The notes beneath the pieces were generated by a model, which saw only the letters and a list, made by a program, of their open reading frames with translations, was not told the DNA's origin and made no database searches. From the NCBI RefSeq assembly GCF_913776565.1, contig NZ_CAJYPF010000191.1, positions 1 to 58,008 on the forward strand: DNA of 58,008 nucleotides, written 5' to 3'. Below, piece after piece: positions 18,189-29,273 of this stretch (positions within the stretch are counted from its first letter, which is position 1; each line of letters starts with the position of its first letter). The position numbers were made by a program, and so were the translations under genes. The DNA is from an uncultured Microbacterium sp. (GTDB lineage: Bacteria; Actinomycetota; Actinomycetes; Actinomycetales; Microbacteriaceae).

Positions 18189-20726
18189 TCACGATGCGGC
18201 CGAGGAGCCGTGCAGCAGGGCGATCAGGTGCACCCGGCTGCTGACGCCGAGCTTGCGATAGATCCCGGTCAGGCGCAGCTCGACCGTGCGGAGCGAGACG
18301 AACAGGGTCGCCGCGATCTCGCGGTTGCGTAGCCCGCGACCGACCAGTTCGACGACCTCCTGCTCCTGAACGGACAGCACCCGGGACGTCCGCGCGGAGG
18401 GGAGCGCGCGGGGCGGACGTGCACCGTCGAGGCCGGGCAGGCACCGCTCGCGCGCGGCGGCCAGACGACGACGTTCCGCGGGGGCGTCGTCGATGCGCAG
18501 GACGTCGAGTGCCTCGCGGAAGGCCTCCGCGCCCTCGTCCTGGCACCGGCACACGGCGCGTGATCGGGCGACCGCGAGCGTCGTCCATCGACGGGGGGTG
18601 CGGATCGCGGCGGCCTCGAGGCGCGCGAGCTCGACGCGCGCCTCGGCGTGACGTCCGCTCAGCCACAGCGCCTCGACGAGATCGGCTCCGGCGCGCAGCA
18701 GGGACGGGTCCTCACCGGGGGCGAGTTCACGCGCGGTGCGCAGCGCCGTCACGGCATCGTCGTATCGTTCCTCCGCGAGGGCGATGCCCCCCTCGATCAC
18801 CGCGAACCACGGCAGCAGAGCCGAGGTCCCCTCACGGCGGGCCAGGTCGCGGCCGCTGCGCACCAGGGCGGTCGCCGTGTCGTTAAGGGGGTCGAGGGCC
18901 GCGCCGGCCGCCATGAGCAGCACGGTCGCGGCGTCGGGCGTGCGCCCCGGCCCCCATTCCCGCTGCCACGCGGCCATCGCCTCGCGCGCCGCGGCGGGAT
19001 CGCCGCCGCGGATCTCGTTGATGACGAGGACGCACTGGACCTGCTGCCGCCACATCGGGGCGAGCCGAGGCAGACGTTCGAGGAGGGCGGTGACCTGATG
19101 ACGCACCGCGGGGTATTCCTCGCGCAGCACCTGGACACCCAGGGCCAGGAGGGCCTGTCCGATGGGCGCATCGGATGCCGGCACGGGGGCGGCCACCCCC
19201 GTGTCGATGGTCGCGGGCAAGACGAGATCGAGCCCCAGCTCCCCGAGGATCAGCGCCAGCTGCCGCGTCTCGGCTCCGACGATGTCGCGTTCGACCACCG
19301 CGCGGATGCACGCGAGGGCCTCGACGATCTCGGTGCGCTCCAGGTGCAGCCGTGCGCACTCGCAGAGCAGACTCTCGGCGGCGCGGGGTGGGATGCCGTC
19401 CACCACCGCCGCGACGAGGTCGTCGTCGACGACGTGGTCCACGATCGCGGTGGCGCGGACCTGCGCGAGCGCGCTACGTGCGCGCAGCTCGGGATCGATC
19501 AGGGGGCCGGTCCGCCGCAGGTAGTGTCGCCCGAGGGCCGAGCGATTGTGGAGCACGAGGGCCTCGCCCAGTTCGACGAGGTGGCGCGCACGATCACCCT
19601 CGTCGACGTCGCCGCCCAGCGCGCGCTCGGCGAATTCGACGGCGGCGGCGGTTTCTCCGGCGCGGGCGAGGTCGGCCGCCGCCCAGAGGAGCTCCGCGCG
19701 GTCACCGTCCGGGTCGACGAAGCTGAGGTGCCACCGGTGCGTCGCGGGGAACACACCCTCGTGATCCGCGGCCGCGCGGGCGTGCAGGCGTCGGCGCTCG
19801 TCCGCCCCGAGAGCGGCGTGGTGCCGCAGGCGCAGGGCCGGGTCGGCGAATCGGGCCAGCTCCCCGTGGACCGCGACGAGACCGGCGTCGATCAGGGCAT
19901 CGACCTCGACCCCGTGATCAGCGGCGGTTCGGCGCAGCCGATCGTAGCCGTAGACCGGGCCCACCGAGAGCAGGTCCAGCACCGCGTTCGTCCGATCGTC
20001 CCGCGTCGGTCTCGACGCGCGCCGCCGCCGGCCGCCGTCGTCGTCGTCGACCAGGCGGAGGGGGACCGGCAGAGCGGCGTCGCCGGCGGCTTCGGCGGGA
20101 GTCAGCCGCACACGGGAGATCACCCGGGGGTCGCCGCCGGTGTACTTCGCGACCATGAACAGCACGGCCTGAGCCGTGCCCGGTCCGAGATGAGCCCGGG
20201 CCAGGTCGACGGAGTCCTCGAACGAGAGGCGGTCGATGCGGGTGTGCGCCATTCCGGCGAAATCGTGGCGTCCGTCCAGGCATCGCACCGTGGCGACGAC
20301 GCTCAATCCGGTTCCGCGCAGCCGACCGAAGACGAAGGAGAGCACCGTGATGCTGGCGCTGTCCATCTCGTCGAGATCGTCGATGACCACGACGGCGGGC
20401 TCGTCGCGAACCAGATGCAGCGTGCGGCTGAGCTCCTCGGCGAGCAGGTGCTCCGGCCAGTCGCGACCGCGGGCCAGCACGCTGTCGATCGCCGATCCGC
20501 GACCACCTCCCAGGGCCGCCGAGACCGCGGAGATCCCGGAGTACGGCCACATCCGCTCGTTCGGGCTCGCGACGACGACGGCGGCGTCCCAGACGCGGGC
20601 GATCTCGCGGGCCAGCGCGGTCTTGCCGATCCCGGGCTCGCCGACGAGCAGGCATATCGACCCCGCCCGTGCGCCGATCGCGCCCTCGACGCGTCGCATC
20701 TCCCGCTTGCGACCGATAAACGGCAT
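18189..20726 (-). CDS. LAL-type regulator (AAA ATPase + C-terminal LuxR HTH)
   Basis: 845 aa; MPFIGRKRE, Walker A GEPGIGKT, Walker B VVIDDL..MD, C-terminal GLRNREIAATLFVSLRTVE..IYRKLGV. Confidence 0.92.
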   Translation of the reverse strand: MPFIGRKREMRRVEGAIGARAGSICLLVGEPGIGKTALAREIARVWDAAVVVASPNERMWPYSGISAVSAALGGGRGSAIDSVLARGRDWPEHLLAEELSRTLHLVRDEPAVVVIDDLDEMDSASITVLSFVFGRLRGTGLSVVATVRCLDGRHDFAGMAHTRIDRLSFEDSVDLARAHLGPGTAQAVLFMVAKYTGGDPRVISRVRLTPAEAAGDAALPVPLRLVDDDDGGRRRRASRPTRDDRTNAVLDLLSVGPVYGYDRLRRTAADHGVEVDALIDAGLVAVHGELARFADPALRLRHHAALGADERRRLHARAAADHEGVFPATHRWHLSFVDPDGDRAELLWAAADLARAGETAAAVEFAERALGGDVDEGDRARHLVELGEALVLHNRSALGRHYLRRTGPLIDPELRARSALAQVRATAIVDHVVDDDLVAAVVDGIPPRAAESLLCECARLHLERTEIVEALACIRAVVERDIVGAETRQLALILGELGLDLVLPATIDTGVAAPVPASDAPIGQALLALGVQVLREEYPAVRHQVTALLERLPRLAPMWRQQVQCVLVINEIRGGDPAAAREAMAAWQREWGPGRTPDAATVLLMAAGAALDPLNDTATALVRSGRDLARREGTSALLPWFAVIEGGIALAEERYDDAVTALRTARELAPGEDPSLLRAGADLVEALWLSGRHAEARVELARLEAAAIRTPRRWTTLAVARSRAVCRCQDEGAEAFREALDVLRIDDAPAERRRLAAARERCLPGLDGARPPRALPSARTSRVLSVQEQEVVELVGRGLRNREIAATLFVSLRTVELRLTGIYRKLGVSSRVHLIALLHGSSAAS

Positions 20727-20853
20727 CCGAACGCTCCCAACTGCGTCGGCCGACTCGACGGATGACCGTCGGTACGGACCCGGATGCCCCCCCGTCACGA
20801 ATCTAAGCGGCGCCTTCGAGGATGACAAGGGTCTGCCTCCTGTGAAAATGCGA

Positions 20854-20882
20854 AGGACCGGATGCCGACGGCATCCGGTCCT
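20854..20882. repeat. GGATGCC-core palindrome downstream of pgl, at the right edge of the accessory block
   Basis: 14-bp arms AGGACCGGATGCCG / CGGCATCCGGTCCT with a 1-nt spacer. Confidence 0.75.
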
Positions 20883-20900
20883 CCCCGCGTTCACTCGCGC

Positions 20901-21692
20901 TCAGTACTCGCGGTCGATGAGCTGCGGCGGCACCTGATCGGCGGCGACCTCGTCGACGAAGAACGCCGTCCGCCGGCGTCCCTTCGCACCCGCCGCGGGG
21001 ACGCTCTGGTAGCTCGCTCCCGCGAGGGCGAGACCGAGGGCGGCCGCCTTGTCGGCGCCGGCGATCACCATCCACACGCGCTTCGAGGAATTGATCACCG
21101 GGCGGGTCAGCGAGACGCGCTCGCTCGGCGGCTTCGGCGACTCGCGCACGGCCACGACCGCGCGATCGGTCACCGAGATCTCGGGACGATCGGGGAAGAG
21201 CGACGCGATATGCGCGTCGGGTCCGACGCCCAGGAAGCAGATGTCGAACGACGGCCACGGCCCGGAGTCGCCGCGGTCCGACGGGGCGAACTGCGCGAGC
21301 TCGTCCGCGTAGGCGGTGGCGGCGGCATCCAGGTCGATCCCGTCCTCGCTCGAGGCGACGGTGTGGATGTTCTCGGCGGGGATGTCGAGGTGGTCGAGGA
21401 ACGCCTCGCGCGCCTGCTTGTCGTTGCGGTCGTCGCTGTCGCGCGGCACGAAGCGCTCGTCGCCGAACCAGAAGTGCACCAGCGACCAGTCGATGTCGGC
21501 CACCCGCTCGTCGCGGGCCGCCGTGCGCAGGACGGCGCCGCCCATCGTCCCGCCCGTGAGGCAGACGTGCATGCGCTTGCCCTCGGCCACACGCTTGACG
21601 ATGCGGTTCATGAAGCGCGTCGCGACGTACGCGGCGAGGGTGTCGGCATCCGGCTTGATGATGACCTGCTTGACGGCGCCGTTCTCGGTCAT
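20901..21692 (-). CDS. pgl: 6-phosphogluconolactonase
   Basis: LTGGTMG, WFGDERFVP, LGVGPDAHIASLFP, SPKPPSERVSLT; ATGA overlap with opcA. Confidence 0.95.
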   Translation of the reverse strand: MTENGAVKQVIIKPDADTLAAYVATRFMNRIVKRVAEGKRMHVCLTGGTMGGAVLRTAARDERVADIDWSLVHFWFGDERFVPRDSDDRNDKQAREAFLDHLDIPAENIHTVASSEDGIDLDAAATAYADELAQFAPSDRGDSGPWPSFDICFLGVGPDAHIASLFPDRPEISVTDRAVVAVRESPKPPSERVSLTRPVINSSKRVWMVIAGADKAAALGLALAGASYQSVPAAGAKGRRRTAFFVDEVAADQVPPQLIDREY

Positions 21693-22636
21693 GAACCGCT
21701 CTTCTCGCTCGCCGCGAGCAGCAGGTCGTGGCCCTCGGTGATGACGCGTCCGTAGAGCAGGTCGGGGTCGAGTCGGCGCAGTTCCTCCGCCAGGCATTCG
21801 CGGAGCGTCCGGCGCGGGAAGGCGAGATCGTGCGTGGGCTGACCCGGCTGCGTCAGCACGGCCACGCCGGCCTCGGGACGCTCCAGCAGCGTGTCGCCGC
21901 TGGGACGGGTCAGTCGCACCGACTTGATACCGCTCGCCCACTCGGCGGCGGGCAGGTAGGCGTAATCGACGGGGGCGTCGAGCTTCATGCCCAGCCACGC
22001 GGCCAGGAGCGCCGTCGACGGGGAGTCGGACGCGCCGCGCACCTCGATCGCGGTGACCGGCTCGAACGGAGGCTGATCCAGCACCGCGGCGAGCTGCTCA
22101 CGCCAGCGGGTCACCCGGGTCCACGCGAAGTCGGTGTCGCCGGGGGCGTAGTGCTCGCCGAGCTGTGCCACCCAGGCGGCGGGATCCGGCTGCGACGATG
22201 CGTCAGTGATGCGACGCTGCGCGATGCGGCCGATCTCGGAACGCGAGGGGTCGGCGGGGGCCTCGGCCGGCCACCACGCGACGACGGGGGCGTCGGGCAG
22301 CAGCAGGCCGGTGACCAGGCTCTCGGCATTCGAGCCCGCGGCGCCGTGCGCACGCAGGACGACGACCTCGCTCGCGCCGGCGTCCCCGCCCACGCGGATC
22401 TGCGCGTCGAGCCGGGGCTCCTCGTCGCTGTCGCCCAGCAGTACGGCGATCACGCGCATCGGGTGCTCGCGCGAGGCGTCGTTGGCGGCCTCGATGACCT
22501 CTTCTTCGGCGCCGTGATGGGTGACGATGATGAGCGTCAGCACGCGGCCCAGGGCGACGGCGCCGCCCTCCTCGCGGACGCTGACGAGCTTCTTCGAGAT
22601 CGCGCTGACGGTGGTGTCGGGCAGATCGATGATCAC
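21689..22636 (-). CDS. opcA: Glucose-6-phosphate dehydrogenase assembly protein OpcA
   Basis: ALGRVLTL, ASREHPMR, LLLPDAPVVAWWP, GDTDFAWTR, LAEELRRLDPD. Confidence 0.95.
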   Translation of the reverse strand: MIIDLPDTTVSAISKKLVSVREEGGAVALGRVLTLIIVTHHGAEEEVIEAANDASREHPMRVIAVLLGDSDEEPRLDAQIRVGGDAGASEVVVLRAHGAAGSNAESLVTGLLLPDAPVVAWWPAEAPADPSRSEIGRIAQRRITDASSQPDPAAWVAQLGEHYAPGDTDFAWTRVTRWREQLAAVLDQPPFEPVTAIEVRGASDSPSTALLAAWLGMKLDAPVDYAYLPAAEWASGIKSVRLTRPSGDTLLERPEAGVAVLTQPGQPTHDLAFPRRTLRECLAEELRRLDPDLLYGRVITEGHDLLLAASEKSGS

Positions 22637-24183
22637 GGGCGCCTCCAGGTGCGGCCGTCGCGGGCGAGGAGCTCATCGGCGGATGCCGGCCCCCACGACC
22701 CGGGCGAATACTGTTCGAGCGGGCCGCCCTGCGCGGCCCAGTACTCCTCGATGGGGTCGAGGATCTTCCAGCTGAGCTCGACCTCCTCGTGCCGCGGGAA
22801 CAGCGGCGGGTCGCCCAGCAGCACGTCGAGGATCAGACGCTCGTAGGCCTCGGGGCTGGCTTCGGTGAACGCGTGTCCGTAGCCGAAGTCCATCGTCACA
22901 TCGCGCACCTGCGTACCGTCTCCGGGCACCTTGGAGCCGAAGCGGATGGTCACGCCCTCATCGGGCTGCACCCGGATGACGAGCGCGTTCTGACCCAGCT
23001 CCTGCGTCTGGCTCCGCGAGAAGAGCTGCTGCGGCGCGCGCTTGAACACCACGGCGACCTCGGTCACACGGCGTCCGAGACGCTTGCCGCTGCGCACGTA
23101 GAAGGGCACGCCCGACCAGCGTCGCGTGTTGATCTCGAGCTTGATCGCCGCGAACGTCTCGGTGACCGACTCGGGATTCATGCCGTCTTCCTCGAGGAAG
23201 CCGAGCACCTTCTCGCCGCCCTGCCAGCCACCGGCGTACTGTCCGCGCGCCGTCGCCTCGGCGAGGTTGTCGGGCACGCGCACGGCGGCGAGCACCTTCT
23301 CCTTCTCGGCGCGCAGGTCGGAGGCGTTGAAGCTGATGGGCTCCTCCATCGCCGTCAGCGCGAGCAGCTGCAGCAGGTGGTTCTGGATGACGTCGCGCGC
23401 CGCTCCGATGCCGTCGTAGTACCCCGCGCGACCGCCGACGCCGATGTCCTCGGCCATGGTGATCTGCACGTGGTCGACGTAGTTGCGGTTCCAGATCGGC
23501 TCGTACAGCTCGTTGGCGAAGCGCAGCGCGAGGATGTTCTGCACCGTCTCCTTGCCGAGGTAGTGGTCGATACGGAAGATCGAGTCCGCCGGGAACGCGC
23601 TCTCGACGGACTCGTTGAGCTCGCGCGCCGAGGCGAGGTCGTGACCGAAGGGCTTCTCGATGACCACACGGCGCCACCCGTTGACGCCGTCGGCCTGGTC
23701 GCCGACCAGACCCGACTCCTTGAGCTGGGCCGTGACCACCGGGAACGCCTTGGGCGGGATCGACAGGTAGTAGGCGTGGTTGCCCATCGTGCCGCGCTCG
23801 GTGTCGAGCTTGTCGACGGTGTCGCGGAGGCGGCGGAACGCCTCGGGGTCGTCGAACTCGCCCTGGACGAAGCGGATGCCCTCGAGCAGTTCCTTCCACG
23901 TCTCCTCACGGAACTCGGTGCGGGCGTACTTCTTGACCGACTCGTAGACGACCTCGGCGAAGTCCTGATCCTCCCAGTCGCGGCGGGCGAAGCCGACCAG
24001 GGCGAAGCCCGGGGGGAGCAGCCCGCGATTGGCCAGGTCGTAGACCGCCGGCATGAGCTTCTTTCGGGAGAGGTCGCCGGTGACGCCGAAGATGACGAGG
24101 GCGCTGGGCCCCGCGATCCGGCTCAGACGGCGATCCTCGGGGTCGCGCAAGGGGTTGTGACCCGGTGTGATCTCTACGACCAT
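22633..24183 (-). CDS. zwf: Glucose-6-phosphate 1-dehydrogenase
   Basis: FGVTGDLSRKK, IEKPFG, RIDHYLGKE, RDVIQNH, EAYERLI. Confidence 0.97.
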   Translation of the reverse strand: MVVEITPGHNPLRDPEDRRLSRIAGPSALVIFGVTGDLSRKKLMPAVYDLANRGLLPPGFALVGFARRDWEDQDFAEVVYESVKKYARTEFREETWKELLEGIRFVQGEFDDPEAFRRLRDTVDKLDTERGTMGNHAYYLSIPPKAFPVVTAQLKESGLVGDQADGVNGWRRVVIEKPFGHDLASARELNESVESAFPADSIFRIDHYLGKETVQNILALRFANELYEPIWNRNYVDHVQITMAEDIGVGGRAGYYDGIGAARDVIQNHLLQLLALTAMEEPISFNASDLRAEKEKVLAAVRVPDNLAEATARGQYAGGWQGGEKVLGFLEEDGMNPESVTETFAAIKLEINTRRWSGVPFYVRSGKRLGRRVTEVAVVFKRAPQQLFSRSQTQELGQNALVIRVQPDEGVTIRFGSKVPGDGTQVRDVTMDFGYGHAFTEASPEAYERLILDVLLGDPPLFPRHEEVELSWKILDPIEEYWAAQGGPLEQYSPGSWGPASADELLARDGRTWRRP

Positions 24184-24185
24184 GC

Positions 24186-25811
24186 TTACTGTGCCGCCTC
24201 GAAGAGTGAGAGCACCTCGACCTGCGGGTCGGTCAGCGTCAGCGTGACGACGGGGCGGCCGTGGCCCTCCGCCAGCACGCTCGCGTCTCCCGCGGCCTGT
24301 GCCTGGATGAGTTGTCCGAACGTGAACGGTCGACCCGGGATCTCGAGATCGACGTCGGTGCGTTCGAGGATCTGGAGGAACACGCCGGTCGCGGGCCCTC
24401 CCTTGTGGTACTGCCCGGTCGAGTGCAGGAACCGCGGTCCCCACCCGAACGTGGTGGGTCGACCGGAGTCGGCGGCCACCATCTCTCGCAGACCGGAGAG
24501 CTGAGCGAGCTCGCCGCGGTCCACGTAGGCCTGGATGCCGACGTATCCGTCCGCGGGCACACGCTCCCACAGGGCGTCGAGGACGCTCGCGAGGGTGCCC
24601 CCCGCCGCCAGCGCGGGATCGGACACGCGCACCTCGACGCCGTCGAGGACCAGCGCGGGGGCGGTCGGCGCGGGCTGCGCATCCAACAGACCGCGCGCCG
24701 CCTGCTTGGCGGATTCGACGTCGGGCTGGTCGAACGGGTTGATCCCGAGCAGACGTCCCGCGATCGCGGTGGCGTACTCCCAGACGACGAACTGCGCACC
24801 CAGCGACCCGCTCACCAGCACCTCGTTGGTGTGGCGCTCGAACAGGTGGAACGCGCTGGCGTCGTCGACGAAGCGGACGACCTGCAGGTCGACGGGCCGC
24901 GTCTCGAGCTCGGGCGAGACGGGCAGGAGGACGACGGGCAGGATGCCGGTGCCCTCCTTGCCGGTGGACTCGGCGACGAGCTGCTCGATCCAGTCCGGCA
25001 GCCCCGTCAGGTAGGTGCCGTCCGCGACCAGACCGAGCTTGTCCCGGCGGTGCGCGCCGCCTCCGGCGATCGCGGCGGCCAGGACGAGGGCGGGATTCTC
25101 AGGGGCGTCGATCGCGACCTCGAGCAGAGTGGCATCCGCTTCGTCGAGCAGATCGTCGATGTCGACTCCGGCGAGGCCCGCGGGCACGAGCCCGAACGCG
25201 GTGAGCGCCGAGTAGCGCCCGCCCACCTCGGGGTCGGCGAGGAACACGCGGTACCCGGCGGTCTCGGCCTCGCGCGCGAGGGGCGAGTCGGGGTCGGTGA
25301 CGACGACGATCCGCGACGCGGGGTCGATGCCGAGGTCGCGGAAGGCGGCCTCGAACGCCCGACGGGCCGAATCGGTCTCGATCGTCGACCCGGACTTGCT
25401 CGAGACGACCAGGACGGTCCGGTCGAGCCCGCCCGACTCGACGTCGCCGTCGATCGCGGCGAGCACCTGGGCGGGAGAGGTGGAGTCCAGGATGACCAGG
25501 GGGACGCCCGCGGACTGTGCGATGACCTCGGGCGCGAGCGAGGAGCCGCCCATGCCCGCGAGGACGACGCGGGTCACGCCCTGCGCGACGAGCTCGTCGC
25601 GCAGGGCGGTGATCTCGGGCACGAGCGGGCGCGAGACGGAGACCGCCCGCACCCACCCGAGCCGACGGGACGCCTCGTCCTCGGCGGCGGAGCCCCACAG
25701 GCTCGCGTCACCGGCGGTGATCCCCGACGCGATGAGCGAACCGGTCAGCGCCGGCAGCTCCGCGTCGACGATCGATGCGGCGTGGCCCGTGGCCTTGACG
25801 GCGAAGCTCAC
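24186..25811 (-). CDS. pgi: Glucose-6-phosphate isomerase
   Basis: [48 protein letters not shown]; GTGA overlap with tal. Confidence 0.93.
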   Translation of the reverse strand: MSFAVKATGHAASIVDAELPALTGSLIASGITAGDASLWGSAAEDEASRRLGWVRAVSVSRPLVPEITALRDELVAQGVTRVVLAGMGGSSLAPEVIAQSAGVPLVILDSTSPAQVLAAIDGDVESGGLDRTVLVVSSKSGSTIETDSARRAFEAAFRDLGIDPASRIVVVTDPDSPLAREAETAGYRVFLADPEVGGRYSALTAFGLVPAGLAGVDIDDLLDEADATLLEVAIDAPENPALVLAAAIAGGGAHRRDKLGLVADGTYLTGLPDWIEQLVAESTGKEGTGILPVVLLPVSPELETRPVDLQVVRFVDDASAFHLFERHTNEVLVSGSLGAQFVVWEYATAIAGRLLGINPFDQPDVESAKQAARGLLDAQPAPTAPALVLDGVEVRVSDPALAAGGTLASVLDALWERVPADGYVGIQAYVDRGELAQLSGLREMVAADSGRPTTFGWGPRFLHSTGQYHKGGPATGVFLQILERTDVDLEIPGRPFTFGQLIQAQAAGDASVLAEGHGRPVVTLTLTDPQVEVLSLFEAAQ

Positions 25812-26929
25812 TTCGCGGCCTGGGCGCTTCCGGCCTGCAGAGCGGTCTTCACGGTGTCCTGCAGCTCGTGCCACGAGGCGATGAACTTCTCGACGCCCTC
25901 GTCCTCGAGCGTCTGCGTGGCGTCCGCCACGTCGACACCCGCGGCCGCGAGACGGTCGAAGACCTCGTGCGCCTCGGCGTACGCGCCGGTGACGGTGTCG
26001 CCGGTGATCTCGCCGTGGTCGAAGGTCGCCTCGAGCGTCTTCTCGGGCATCGTGTTCACGGTGCCGGGGGCGACGAGCTCGGTCACGTAGAGCGTGTCGG
26101 GCAGCGCCGGGTCCTTGACGCCCGTCGAGGCCCACAGGGGACGCTGCACCGTGGCGCCGGCATCCAGGAGCTTCTTCGCGCGGTCCTCGGAGAACTTCTT
26201 CTCGTAGAGCTCGTAGGCCAGTCGCGCGTTGGCGATGCCGGCCTTGCCCTTGAGAGCGGCGGCCTCGTCGGTGCCGATCGCGGCGAGACGCTTGTCGATC
26301 TCGGTGTCGACGCGCGACACGAAGAACGAGGCGACCGACTGCAGGGTCGAGATGTCGTGACCGGCGGCGTGCGCCTTCTCGACGCCGGCGAGGTAGGCGT
26401 CGATGACCTCTTCGTAACGCTCGAGGCTGAAGATCAGCGTGACGTTCACCGAGATGCCCGCGCCGATGACCTCGGTGATGGCGGGCAGGCCCGCCTTGGT
26501 CGCGGGGATCTTGATGAGGACGTTCTTGCGGTCCACGCGGGCCGAGAGGTCCTTGGCCTGCGCGACGGTGCCCTCGGTGTCGTGCGCGAGGTCGGGCGAG
26601 ACCTCGATCGACACGCGTCCGTCGACGCCGTTCGTGGCCTCGAACACGGGCAGGAAGATGTCGCATGCGTCGCGCACGTCATCGGTGGTGATCGAGACGA
26701 TCGCCTCGTCGACGTCGGCGCCCGCCGCGGCGAGCTCCTTCACCTGGCCCTCGTACGCCTCGCCCTTGGACAGGGCGCCGGCGAAGATGGTCGGGTTGGT
26801 CGTGACGCCCGAGACGTTGCGGGACTCGATGAGCTCGGCGAGGTTGCCGGACTGGATGCGCTGACGCGACAGGTCGTCGAGCCAGATGCTGACGCCCTGA
26901 GCGGCGAGGTCTGCGGTGGGAGTGCTCAT
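25808..26929 (-). CDS. tal: Transaldolase
   Basis: [57 protein letters not shown]. Confidence 0.97.
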   Translation of the reverse strand: MSTPTADLAAQGVSIWLDDLSRQRIQSGNLAELIESRNVSGVTTNPTIFAGALSKGEAYEGQVKELAAAGADVDEAIVSITTDDVRDACDIFLPVFEATNGVDGRVSIEVSPDLAHDTEGTVAQAKDLSARVDRKNVLIKIPATKAGLPAITEVIGAGISVNVTLIFSLERYEEVIDAYLAGVEKAHAAGHDISTLQSVASFFVSRVDTEIDKRLAAIGTDEAAALKGKAGIANARLAYELYEKKFSEDRAKKLLDAGATVQRPLWASTGVKDPALPDTLYVTELVAPGTVNTMPEKTLEATFDHGEITGDTVTGAYAEAHEVFDRLAAAGVDVADATQTLEDEGVEKFIASWHELQDTVKTALQAGSAQAAK

Positions 26930-26947
26930 GTCGTTGTTCTCCTCGGA

Positions 26948-29050
26948 TTACTTCTTCGCCGCGGCGAGCGAGTCGCGGGCGGCTTCGACGACGGCCTCGG
27001 CCGTGATGCCGAACTTCTGGAACAGGGTCTTGTAGTCGGCCGATGCACCGAAGTGCTCGATCGCGACCGAGCGACCGGCGTCGCCGACGATGCCGTGCCA
27101 GCTGAGGGCCGAACCGGCCTCGACCGACACGCGCGCCTTCACCGACGACGGCAGAACCGACTCGCGGTACGCCTCGTCCTGCTCGGCGAACCACTCCAGC
27201 GACGGGGCCGACACGACGCGGGCGTGGACGCCCTCGGCGGCCAGCGTCTCGCGCGCCTCGACAGCCAGCTGCACCTCGGAGCCGGTCGCGATGAGGATGA
27301 CGTCGGGCTCGCCGTTCTTGGCCTCGGCCAGGACGTAGGCGCCCTTGACGGCGCCCTCGGCCGACGCGAACTCGTCACCGGATGCCGCACCCTCGCCGCG
27401 GGCGAAGACGGGGATGTTCTGACGCGTCAGGGCGATACCGGCGGGACCGGCCGTACGCCGCAGCATCTCGAGCCACACCACGGACGTCTCGTTCGCATCA
27501 GCGGGGCGCACGAGCGCGAAGTTGGGGATCGCGCGCAGCGTCGCCAGCTGCTCGATGGGCTGGTGCGTCGGGCCGTCCTCGCCGAGGGCGACCGAGTCGT
27601 GCGTCCAGACGAAGATCGTCGGGATGTTCATGAGCGCGGCCAGGCGCACCGGGGGGCGCATGTAGTCGCTGAAGATGAGGAACGTCCCGCCGAACGGACG
27701 GGTCGGTCCGTGCAGCACGATTCCGTTGAGGATCGCTCCCATGGCGTGCTCGCGGATGCCGAAATGCAGGACGCGGCCGTAGGGGTCACCGGACCACTCG
27801 TGCGTCGACCACGAGGCGGGGATGAAGCTCTTGGCATCCTTGATCGTGGTGAGGTTGGACTCGGCGAGGTCGGCCGAACCGCCCCAGAGCTCGGGGAGCT
27901 CGGCGGCCAGGGCGTTGATGACCGTGCCGGACGCGGCGCGGGTCGAGACGTCCTTCCCGGCCTCGAAGGCGGGGAGGGCGTCGGCGATGTCGGCGGGGAG
28001 CTCGCGGGCCTGCAGGCGGTCCCACAGCTGCTTGCGCTCGGGGTGGGCGGCGGCCCACGCGTCGAACTTCTGCTGCCAGTCGGCCTTGGCGGCCTCGCCG
28101 CGCTCGACGAGCTTGCGCGTGTGGGCGATGACGTCGTCGGCGACGGCGAAGTGCTCCTCGGGGTCGAAGCCGAGAACCTCCTTCGTGGCCTTGAGCTCAT
28201 CGGCGCCGAGGGCGGAGCCGTGGATCTTGCCGGAGTTCTGCTTGCCGGGCGAGGGCCAGCCGATGATCGTCTTGAGGATGATCAGCGAGGGCTTGGCCGT
28301 CTCGCCCTGCGCGGCCTCGAGCGCGGCGTGGAGAGCGGCGACGTCCTCGACGTATTCGCCGGTCTTCTTCCAGTCGACCGTCTGCACGTGCCAGCCGTAT
28401 GCCTCGTAGCGCTTCTGGACGTCCTCGGTGAAGGCGACGTTGGTGTCGTCCTCGATCGAGATCTGGTTGGAGTCGTAGATCGCGATGAGGTTGCCGAGCT
28501 CCTGGTGGCCGGCGAGAGAGGAGGCCTCGCTGGTGACACCCTCTTGCAGGTCGCCGTCACCGGCGATGACGTAGACGTAGTGGTCGAAGGGGCTCTCGCC
28601 GGCGGGGGTCTCGGCGTCGAACAGGCCGCGCTCGTAGCGGGCCGCGTAGGCGAAGCCCACGGCCGAGGCGAGCCCTTGGCCGAGGGGGCCGGTGGTGATC
28701 TCGACGCCGGCGGTGTGTCCGTACTCGGGGTGGCCGGGGGTCAGCGAGTCCCAGGTGCGCAGCGCCTCGAGGTCCTTCTTCTCGAGGCCGAAGCCGCCGA
28801 GGTACAGCTGCACGTACTGCGTGAGCGAGGAGTGGCCGACCGAGAGGATGAAGCGGTCGCGGCCGGGCCAGTGCGTGTCGGCCGGGTCGTGGCGGAGTAC
28901 CCGCTGGTACAGCAGGTACGCGGCGGGGGCCAGCGACATGGCGGTTCCGGGGTGGCCGTTGCCCACCTTCTCGACGGCGTCAGCCGCCAGGATGCGTGCG
29001 GTGTCCACCGCGCGCCGATCGATCTCGTCCCATTCGAAGTCCGACAACAC
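26948..29050 (-). CDS. tkt: Transketolase
   Basis: [47 protein letters not shown]. Confidence 0.98.
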   Translation of the reverse strand: MLSDFEWDEIDRRAVDTARILAADAVEKVGNGHPGTAMSLAPAAYLLYQRVLRHDPADTHWPGRDRFILSVGHSSLTQYVQLYLGGFGLEKKDLEALRTWDSLTPGHPEYGHTAGVEITTGPLGQGLASAVGFAYAARYERGLFDAETPAGESPFDHYVYVIAGDGDLQEGVTSEASSLAGHQELGNLIAIYDSNQISIEDDTNVAFTEDVQKRYEAYGWHVQTVDWKKTGEYVEDVAALHAALEAAQGETAKPSLIILKTIIGWPSPGKQNSGKIHGSALGADELKATKEVLGFDPEEHFAVADDVIAHTRKLVERGEAAKADWQQKFDAWAAAHPERKQLWDRLQARELPADIADALPAFEAGKDVSTRAASGTVINALAAELPELWGGSADLAESNLTTIKDAKSFIPASWSTHEWSGDPYGRVLHFGIREHAMGAILNGIVLHGPTRPFGGTFLIFSDYMRPPVRLAALMNIPTIFVWTHDSVALGEDGPTHQPIEQLATLRAIPNFALVRPADANETSVVWLEMLRRTAGPAGIALTRQNIPVFARGEGAASGDEFASAEGAVKGAYVLAEAKNGEPDVILIATGSEVQLAVEARETLAAEGVHARVVSAPSLEWFAEQDEAYRESVLPSSVKARVSVEAGSALSWHGIVGDAGRSVAIEHFGASADYKTLFQKFGITAEAVVEAARDSLAAAKK

Positions 29051-29273
29051 GGTGCCTTTCTCGATCCTGCGCCCGGTTCACGATCCGACGTCCGCGCTCG
29101 CCACCGTAGGAGTGGGAGGGGGGTGGGGTGTCGGCGCGGGGCGCGCGTTCTTCGCCAGCATAGCGAGATCGACCGACGCCGTTGCCGTTCGTGACGGGGG
29201 TCGACAGGCGGCCGGGGGTGTGGTGGGGATGGCATAGAATCGGAGGGATATATACGCGCTACCCCGGGGGACG

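Noticed and set aside
9950-20850. Accessory block as a prophage, ICE or transposon
   Set aside because: No integrase, relaxase, transposase, phage gene or tRNA att site; composition resembles the backbone
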